A program made the translations under genes and the position numbers. Below the pieces are notes generated by a model. It ran no database searches and had not been told where the DNA came from. It saw nothing but the letters and a program-made list of their open reading frames with translations. A DNA stretch of 63,513 bases, the filler included, from Octopus bimaculoides (Eukaryota), in assembly GCF_001194135.2 (NCBI RefSeq). It is 2 parts of 2 records of this genome, joined end to end, with 100 filler letters (N's around TTAATTAATTAA, not from the genome) between each part and the next. Parts side by side here need not be neighbours in the genome. Positions count along the whole stretch, not along the records: positions 31,793 to 63,513 come from NC_068992.1; 1 more part is not named here. One strand, given 5' to 3'. The stretch's first letter is position 1, and each line of letters starts with the position of its first letter. Shown here piece after piece: positions 54,686 through 63,513 of the stretch.

Positions 54686-55440
54686 ATTATGTATGTGTGT
54701 GTGTGTGTTTATGTGTGTGTATGTGTGAGTGTATGTATGTATTACACATACACGCACGCGCATGTATGAGTATGTGTGTATGTGTTCGTGTGTGTGTGTG
54801 TGCACGTGCATGAGGGCGTACTTTGTTATTATCGCCAAAGAGGTCCTTCACTGCTATTTTATTAGTGTTTAGTTAGCCTGTAGTACGGCCGTCTTCCGTT
54901 TTTCTCCTTTATTATTTTACTATATTTTTTTTTAATTTCATCCCGTTAGTCTGAAACTGATGATTCATGTAATATATATATTGTTGGAGAGCAACTACAC
55001 CGTGACGTTGTGGTGTGTGTGTGTGTTAGATGAAGAGTGTCAAAATGAGAATAAGGTGTAGTGAAAGTGACAGGGAAAATACATATACACATGCATGCAT
55101 GTTGTGTGAGTATGTACTCTTTGCTTTAGTATTTGCATTCATTCTATATTTTCTTTTAATCTTAGTTTTCATAAAAAATTGAATATCAAAATGCACATAG
55201 TACATATCTTATACGAAGCACTCGTGCGCTAGGACGCACACACGCACGCACGCACACACGTATGTGTGACTATGCATGTGTATTTATGTCAGTAATGGGG
55301 AGGGAGAGAAGCGAAGAAAAGTGAAAAAATGAGGTTGAGACAGAGAGAAGGCATAGTTATGTTTTTGAGGAATGTAAAAATACAAGAAGGTGGCATAAAT
55401 TTAAGATAATCAGAAGAGAGTGGGAGACAGAGACAGGCAG

Positions 55441-55479
<39 letters not shown>

Positions 55480-55702
55480 NNNNNNNNNNNNNNNNNNNNN
55501 NNNNNNNNNNNNNNNNNNNNNNNNNNNNNNNNNNNNNNNNNNNNNNNNNNNNNNNNNNNNNNNNNNNNNNNNNNNNNNNNNNNNNNNNNNNNNNNNNNNN
55601 NNNNNNNNNNNNNNNNNNNNNNNNNNNNNNNNNNNNNNNNNNNNNNNNNNNNNNNNNNNNNNNNNNNNNNNNNNNNNNNNNNNNNNNNNNNNNNNNNNNN
55701 NN

Positions 55703-55765
<63 letters not shown>

Positions 55766-55884
55766 AGAAGAAGGCAATGGTGGCAACAGCGTGGAGTAGA
55801 GGTGGAAAAATAAGAGGAAGAGGAAAGGGGTTGAGGTTTAATAGACCGTCCTACTGAGGCTGAGTGAATCATCATATTTGGAAC

Positions 55885-55940
<56 letters not shown>

Positions 55941-55994
55941 ACGCTACATTCGAAAAGGAAGCTGCGTGTCAGTCGGTGGATGTGACACTGAATT

Positions 55995-57190
55995 GTTGTC
56001 AAAGACCTTGGATCTTCTAACAACTTGAAGTTTTTCAAATTTTCACCAGATTATTTTCAGAAAATGTAGTTCTGATGTACTTTTGCTTGCTAATGACGAA
56101 AATTGCATTCATTTGTTTTCTAGAAATTAATGATAAAGAAGTTACTCGCATTTAACATTATATTTATCTCCACTTAAAAATGGATGTTGTGTTAGAACAC
56201 AGATTACTGTGATAATTATCATCTAATATGGCTTTTTTACCTGTAATATGGCTCCCATCGCTAGTGGGAGATAAATCAACCGCCATTCTTTCCGCCGAAA
56301 CTAATAAAAGAGTACTAGTCTCTGCGATGGTGATGGCGGGTAATCTATCTCTTACTAGCGATGTGAACAAGAGTGCTTACATACACCAAAAGCCTATATG
56401 AATACTAACTGTCGCAGTATTCTGTATTCTAATACAACCTCCACTTTTAAGTGGGATAAATATTAGCATCTGGTTTTAATACTGCTTGTGTCGCTAATGA
56501 TTATTTAAAGTTATGCAATTTGAACCACTGGAAGACGTCCACAGTTCATATAACGTAAGTCAGAACTGTTATAGAAATCAGCAAAGACAACGAAGACAAT
56601 ACCTGTACGTGGTCTCTCGACCTACAAAAAGTAACAACCTAATCTTCCTCAAAATACACCATAACGTTTTAAGAACAAAAAGAATGGCACGTAATGGGGT
56701 ATAGTTTCTTTTTCTTTTCATTCATAATTAGAGAACCATTACAAGGTAATAGGGTCCTAAATTCATGTTTATTATACATTATCTTAAACATAACGCTGAG
56801 CATGCTTTTGTTATTAATACATACGACATATATAACGTTTCGTCTCTTTTTTTTTTTTTACTTTATGGTGTATTTTAAGGAAGATTTGACAGCTTTTCTT
56901 CTAGCAGGCCGAGATACCACGTACAGGCTTCATTTACGTTGTCATTGTTGATTTCCATGACAACAGCTTGGACCGACGATATGTTGGCTATGGACATCTT
57001 CCTGTGGCTAAAATTACATAACTTTAAATGCTTGTAACTTCTTTAACATTAATTTGTAGAAAAAATGAATATAATTTGTCAGCAGCAAGCAAAACTACAT
57101 TGGAACTACACGCTTTGTAAATAATCTGGTGAAATTTTTTTAAATTTGAAGTGATTGGAAGAAATTTGGCCAGACCCAAGACCTTAATAG
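55995..57190. mobile_element. Long-TIR MITE (arms ~320 bp) whose left arm is interrupted by another MITE
   Basis: Right arm 56863-57190 matches, in reverse complement, 56504-56665 and then 55995-56155. Confidence 0.75.
56160..56463. mobile_element. Nested, almost fully palindromic MITE
   Basis: tatttatctccacttaaaaatggatgttgtgttagaacacagattactgtga is mirrored by tcgcagtattctgtattctaatacaacctccacttttaagtgggataaata. There is also an inner IR catcgctagt.../...actagcgatg. Confidence 0.75.
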
Positions 57191-58333
57191 TGTTCCATTG
57201 GTTTGTCGTACGTAATCAAGTGAGTATATAAAGGTGTATAACTTGAGGGCAATTTGGCTGCTATTATTTGCAGTTCGAATGACTCTAGGCTCCCTTGCTA
57301 GTTTGCGTTGCGTATTGTAACAGTTGCTTAGTCCCATGCATGCTGGCCTGGTTCGATTCAACTTTTGTATGATAGAAGGCATTCTAAGTTTTGTAACTTT
57401 CTTTTCTTTTTTATGTCAGCTGCATGCGACTTGAGAGTGATTCCTTGTCTTCAGCATGTTGAACGACTATGTAGAAACAGAAATAGTGTTTATTAAATAA
57501 ATATTCACCTTCCTCCCTTCACAATCATCTACTTAGAGCTTTCCTGATTCAAGGTGTCGGTTATGTTATATTAACATGTTGAAATGTAAGAGAAAAAAGT
57601 GCCTTCAACAATGCTTATCTATAACACGCGCGCGCAACTTAGTATACATAATGTAAAATTTGTCAAATGCTCGCTATGTGCGTGAATCAAGAAATAATAA
57701 TACGCTAAAGGACAAAAGCTGAAATGTTTCATAGAACATTATTGACGGTTACAACGGAAAAATCCATTAGAGAAAGTTATCTTACTCAGTGTGGTTTAGG
57801 ATTTTTATGAGTCCGCCAAGAAGTTCTAGAGTGTTCCATAGAACTTGTAGGTGCGAAAATTAAACTTTTCTCTTTTGAGTAACACCGCCTATCACAAACT
57901 GACACGAAATATGTTTGGCTGGTTATTACCAAATACAGTATGACTATTCCCAGGAGGTAATTAATTATTTTTACTTAGCATTACCAATCCTAGTAATATT
58001 CTTCATCGACTCTGGCTTTTATCAGTACACTTTGGGTTCTAATTTGAGGGAGGTTACCTTCTACGCAGTCATTGGACTGTAGCCGTGATAGGGTACTGTT
58101 TTTAATGATACAATTTGTTGTATCTACATCAGTAAATGATTGGTACTTTATCGACCATATCTTCGCCATGTTGGATAACAATAATAATGTCCATATCTTT
58201 AAAATCTTTAATTTCTGTTCATGTCTCATGTTGTTGTCTAGCTCCAGGTTTGATTGAGCAGACCTATGAACATCGTGTCGTTTAACCAACAATAATGTAA
58301 CTCAGACTACTTTGTCCAAAGTATCATTTTTCG

Positions 58334-59221
58334 TGATGAAAGTGCGAGGGCCGTGTGACGTGAGGTGACGAGAATAGCTCTTTTGCATCACATCACACAG
58401 CCCTTACAATAAATGGAAATTGGATAGAACAAATAAATGCCCGAGGGGAAAAGACACAACCGCGTAGAATGATTAAGAATACATTTATTGATATGTTAAT
58501 GTGAGAAGTAAGTGCATAGACACAAGAAAGATAATAAAACCAGTTCGTAATCAATCGTATACGGTATCAAGAAGTCGCGGCCATGGTGCTGAGCCGGCTA
58601 CAGGTACATGTCATACGTGAAGCCGTGGTTGTGATGCTGCAACCTGGGTCACTTGTACTGGAGGTCATGCTGGTTGTATATTCGTTGTTGATCCGTAGTG
58701 AAGTAATTCACGAACAGTGAACTGTTGGAACCTGGATGAGCTGCTTGCTGAGCTGGCTACGAAGAGAGATGATGTTGACAACGTGACATGATGGTGGCAA
58801 CGAAGAAGAATGTTGCCGTAATGCTATTGGACGAATAAGTCTCAACGTAGCTGCTGTGGTGGCGGTGTTGTCTGGCGTTATTGCTGGAACATGCTGTGTC
58901 TTTGTGGTTAGTGACTAGAACTTAAAAGGTCTGGAACCAAAGACCTCTGAACAAGGAAGTGCTGAGTTTTTATAAGGAGCTGTAGGCTAAAACAGAGTAG
59001 TGAACAGACTGTCCCGCGTGATCCTATTTAGAATCTCCGACTGGTTATACGAGGCAAGTTGGCGCAACCGAGTAAGAGAGAAATCGCACCAATACCAACT
59101 AATCAGAGTAGTGAACACAACGGGATCCAAATAGCGGCCAAAGGCTAGCTGTTCCCTGCTACGTTCGAATGCACGTAGATATAATAAATGGGACAGAGGA
59201 TTTTCACCCGAGTCTACATCA
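58334..59221 (-). mobile_element. Possible solo LTR
   Basis: More GC-rich block bounded by TGATG...CATCA, with a minus-strand TATA-like ccttataaaa near 58970 and AATAAA at 58484-58489. No TSD found. Confidence 0.35.
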
Positions 59222-61939
59222 TGGAAAGGTGTCTTTTGAAGGAGAGTTTGGCTAATAGGTCTAGCGACAGCATATCTGCTTTCCAGCGAGTTGACACGAA
59301 TTATTTTAATACGCTGGAAAAAGTGTTGACAATACTGTTGTACATAGTGTTGTTATAAACAACAAAATGGAGGAAGCATGTGTTTTTTTATGCACAGTAC
59401 TAGGTTAATCTAGTAACAGAGTACTAAGATCTTTTTTGTTTTGTTGCCAGCGGCAGACAGCGTCAATTTTCTGTTCGAACTCATTTCATATTCAGTGTAA
59501 TGATACACTTTTATAGGCTAATAAATGACGTGAAAGTAATTTTCGCGATAAATCAATAAATAAAGAGTTATTAATAATTTAAGTTTGAAAATTCTGGTAA
59601 TTTTAGCCAATCATAAGCCACAGACACATTCATGGCTGTTTCGCTAGTAAGAAGCGGAACATGAGATCTCTTTTGTCTCTCAACGTGCCTAATGCTATAG
59701 TAACAAACGAATCTGAGCAGTCTTTGAGAAGTCTTTTCTTTGCGAGGAAGCGTGTGTTGACAAATTTGACACTGTATTCTGTGTGATTATGGCAGCAAGC
59801 TCCAGCAACTTCGCTTCTATTATGGAAACATTGAAAACAGAGGAAGATATCTTTAAAATTAAAACCGAAAGTTATATGTTTGTTTTTTAAGCATATTTAA
59901 ATTGTAATTAAACATATTTAAATTGTTTGTTTAATGTTTGTTTCTTTTTGTCATTGAGCATTGAGGTGGTTGTGAAGTGTGCTAAAAATAACAGCTAAAT
60001 AAGATGTTTGGATAAATCTTTTAGATTAAAGTTTATTTGCCAACATCTCGCTCAGAGATTTAAAACTGTTTTTCTAGTGACTTGAATGTAGATCTTCAAG
60101 TTAGCGGTTTGCTTTGGTCAACAACCAGCTACCACAGTCAGACCGGTGTCAACGGATGTACCTACGGCATCACCTTTTGAATCAAGCTGTTAGTGTAGGT
60201 ACTTCGTCAAAAAATGTGCCTAGGTCATCACTTTCAGACATAAAAGGGATGATGTATTAACGCTCTTAAGAAGTATCTCAATGGAGCTTACCAACCTGAC
60301 TTGATGGTTGCAACCATCAGGTATGTGGCATAGCCTAAAGTGTCAAGTTTTGTCCAGAACTGCAAAGACAACCGGCATAGCTCAGACGCGTGGCAACATG
60401 TTACAGTGTACCACCCAACCCAGACACTGTATTAACAGTTACAATGTTCCTGACAGTCATCCAAACTCATATAGCCACATTGTTAAAGCACCTTGTTTTC
60501 TTCCTTTTTTATTTTTTTGAGCGGTCTTCCACAACTCTGTCCCAATTAGTCTCTTCAGTCCTTTTCAATCAGAATTTGTAATTTACTTAATGATCTGTTT
60601 TCATTACTCATGCTGTAATTTTATCCACAACCAAAAAAATTGCATTAAAAGACATCCATTTTTATATATGTTCTGAGGAAATACAGTCACACACACACAA
60701 GCATACACGAATACGCACTCCCAGTGTTTAGGGTTAGGGTTATGCCGAAAACGGGTAGTGTGCGTATTCTTCGCCTCCGCTATGTACGTGTGTGAGAGAG
60801 TGAGAGAGAGTGTGTGAGAGAGAGAGTGTGTGTGAGAGAGTGTGTGAGAGAGAGAGTGAGTAAGATAGCGAGTTCCACTTATACATGCAAACAAATTCAT
60901 GCATCACACAACATACCTTCACTCACTCACTCTTTCTTTCTCTCTCTCACTCTNNNNNNNNNNNNNNNNNNNNNNNNNNNNNNNNNNNNNNNNNNNNNNN
61001 NNNNNNNNNNNNNNNNNNNNNNNNNNNNNNNNNNNNNNNNNNNNNNNNNNNNNNNNNNNNNNNNNNNNNNNNNNNNNNNNNNNNNNNNNNNNNNNNNNNN
61101 NNNNNNNNNNNNNNNNNNNNNNNNNNNNNNNNNNNNNNNNNNNNNNNNNNNNNNNNNNNNNNNNNNNNNNNNNNNNNNNNNNNNNNNNNNNNNNNNNNNN
61201 NNNNNNNNNNNNNNNNNNNNNNNNNNNNNNNNNNNNNNNNNNNNNNNNNNNNNNNNNNNNNNNNNNNNNNNNNNNNNNNNNNNNNNNNNNNNNNNNNNNN
61301 NNNNNNNNNNNNNNNNNNNNNNNNNNNNNNNNNNNNNNNNNNNNNNNNNNNNNNNNNNNNNNNNNNNNNNNNNNNNNNNNNNNNNNNNNNNNNNNNNNNN
61401 NNNNNNNNNNNNNNNNNNNNNNNNNNNNNNNNNNNNNNNNNNNNNNNNNNNNNNNNNNNNNNNNNNNNNNNNNNNNNNNNNNNNNNNNNNNNNNNNNNNN
61501 NNNNNNNNNNNNNNNNNNNNNNNNNNNNNNNNNNNNNNNNNNNNNNNNNNNNNNNNNNNNNNNNNNNNNNNNNNNNNNNNNNNNNNNNNNNNNNNNNNNN
61601 NNNNNNNNNNNNNNNNNNNNNNNNNNNNNNNNNNNNNNNNNNNNNNNNNNNNNNNNNNNNNNNNNNNNNNNNNNNNNNNNNNNNNNNNNNNNNNNNNNNN
61701 NNNNNNNNNNNNNNNNNNNNNNNNNNNNNNNNNNNNNNNNNNNNNNNNNNNNNNNNNNNNNNNNNNNNNNNNNNNNNNNNNNNNNNNNNNNNNNNNNNNN
61801 NNNNNNNNNNNNNNNNNNNNNNNNNNNNNNNNNNNNNNNNNNNNNNNNNNNNNNNNNNNNNNNNNNNNNNNNNNNNNNNNNNNNNNNNNNNNNNNNNNNN
61901 NNNNNNNNNNNNNNNNNNNNNNNNNNNNNNNNNNNNNNN

Positions 61940-62222
61940 AGTTACAAATTAGGAAATTGCGGTGGGGATAGGGGGAAATTTAAATATTGAAAAACGTGAT
62001 TTCTGGACAAAATCGTATTAACCCACTTTTATACGATGAAACAATACATAGTTTCTGATCCTTCTCAAGATCCGAAAGCACTTTCATGCAAATTGTACTC
62101 TCACCCTTCACTATTAAACAAGTAATAACTTCCATTATTCCATTAACTATATGTCAGCTGTGCCGATTCTGCCCATAAGAAAGGAGCAAATAATACAATG
62201 TGCCTGTAGGTCATAACACCTG
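61940..62222 (+). mobile_element. Second copy of the non-coding segment upstream of the Helitron Rep fragment
   Basis: Clear direct similarity to 49166-49450 (aaaacgtgatttctggacaaaatcgtattaaccc...cccataagaaaggagcaaata...cataacacctg). Confidence 0.75.
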
Positions 62223-62656
62223 GGCGTATTAATCATAAACATGAATGAGAACGACCTTCTATGATGAGTGAGTCAGCAAAAATCGTCTGCAATAAAATTA
62301 TAATAATTTGTAAAAGGAATTGTTTATTTTTTATCCAGCTAATTCTTGTTTCGGAAATGTAGCATCATAATAAGTCAAGAGTTGAAAATATAAAGAAAAG
62401 GATTCTACAAAACTTATATTCATTTAAAGAACAACAAACTATTATCAAGTGAGGCAATTTTTACGTGAAGTGATTCCATGTAGATTACTAGTGTTGACAG
62501 AAACTGTGGCACAAATTTCTGCAATAGCAGAGGACTCAGCCAAATGGAATTGATGCAACACCAGATCAAGGTTGACAGGAAAATAACACAAAGTAACATA
62601 GTGTTGGTATTGTGATAATGATGTTGGTTGCGGTAAAGTTAATGAAGATAATGATA

Positions 62657-62872
62657 CAAGGAGGTGCTGAAAAGTTCCTGGATTTCGGTAAAAAAAAATA
62701 CATGAGGATTAGTTAATTATGATTTTATACAACATATTCCCTTATCAGATTCACACACTTATTGCAGCGGTCCTTCAGTTTTTCTAAGCCCTGTAAAAGT
62801 ACTCGGAAGGTTGGAGTCCACCCAGGTCTTTCGCGACACCCTTAAAGCCAGAAATTGCTCAGCACCCTCTTG
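62657..62872. mobile_element. Tc1/mariner-type MITE with TA target-site duplication
   Basis: TA|caaggaggtgctgaaaagttcctgg ... ccagaaattgctcagcaccctcttg|TA; 216 bp, mariner-like TIRs. Confidence 0.8.
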
Positions 62873-63243
62873 TAAATGGAAGGAGTGACGAAGGAGGAGA
62901 AAGCGTGAGAGAGAATGAGAGAAACAATGAGAGAAAAATGTAAAGACCTAGATGTTGAAGCTTGCTGCCTCTGACTTAACTATCAACTTATTTTTACAAT
63001 ACACTTCCATTATTCTTTAAAAAATCACATTGGTGTTGAGTAAAATTTGAAATAAACACTGAAATACGTATCATGCATAACTGATTTTGAGTTTGATTTG
63101 ATTTTGCAGATTGTAATATAACTTCTGAGAATTTAGTTTACTTATAACATACGCACATTTCTAGTATAACAGAACAAACGGATTAAACATTTTGTAAGAT
63201 TAAAATGACTTCTTAATGATTAAATGTTATTTTTATATATCAC

Positions 63244-63513
63244 TAGCAGAGATATCCGGCGTTGCTCGTGTCACATGGAATTGAAGAATTAGACTTTTCT
63301 TTTATAATTCCTCTAATGAACTGGAATACCTATGATTCGAATTTCATCAAAATTGGAGATTAAGAATTTTAATGAGGGTTCTTACCCTCTATACACACTG
63401 ACAAAAATTCTAATTATGACATATTTATCCCATACTACTTATCTTTATGCCCAGATTCCAACATCCAAATCTTATAAAACCTATTCAAAGGTTTTTGCTC
63501 CTGAAAAATGTAG
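63244..63513 (+). mobile_element. Probable 5' end of a non-autonomous Helitron/HINE-like element
   Basis: Begins ACTAGCAGAGATATCCGGCGTTGCTCG, resembling the CTAG...CCGGCGTTGC starts of such families. Truncated by the window end. Confidence 0.4.

Noticed and set aside
60728-60742. Telomeric TTAGGG repeats (also ccctaacccta near 10778)
   Set aside because: Only about two units; too short to call an interstitial telomere.

Overview
Eukaryotic, AT-rich, microsatellite-dense genomic DNA with many N gaps. The tRNA-derived SINE families suggest an octopus (inference). One host gene is well supported: a + strand SLC6 Na+/Cl--dependent amino-acid transporter of the glycine/proline-transporter type. 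Two of its coding exons are visible (27358-27526 and 29643-29774). The remaining exons are not visible, so they lie in gaps or beyond a >33 kb intron. Most of the rest is transposon-derived: three Penelope-like (PLE) RT/GIY-YIG remnants, minimal hammerhead ribozymes (including a mirror-image pair inside SLC6 intron 1), two stacked R4/Dong-like RLE LINE ends in a TAA microsatellite, a decayed hAT transposase, an internally deleted Helitron, a Gypsy gag-pol remnant, CR1-like fragments, several long-TIR MITEs (one nested) and dozens of SINE copies. Almost all long ORFs in the supplied track are microsatellite or N-gap artefacts. No CRISPR, rRNA or true tRNA gene was found.
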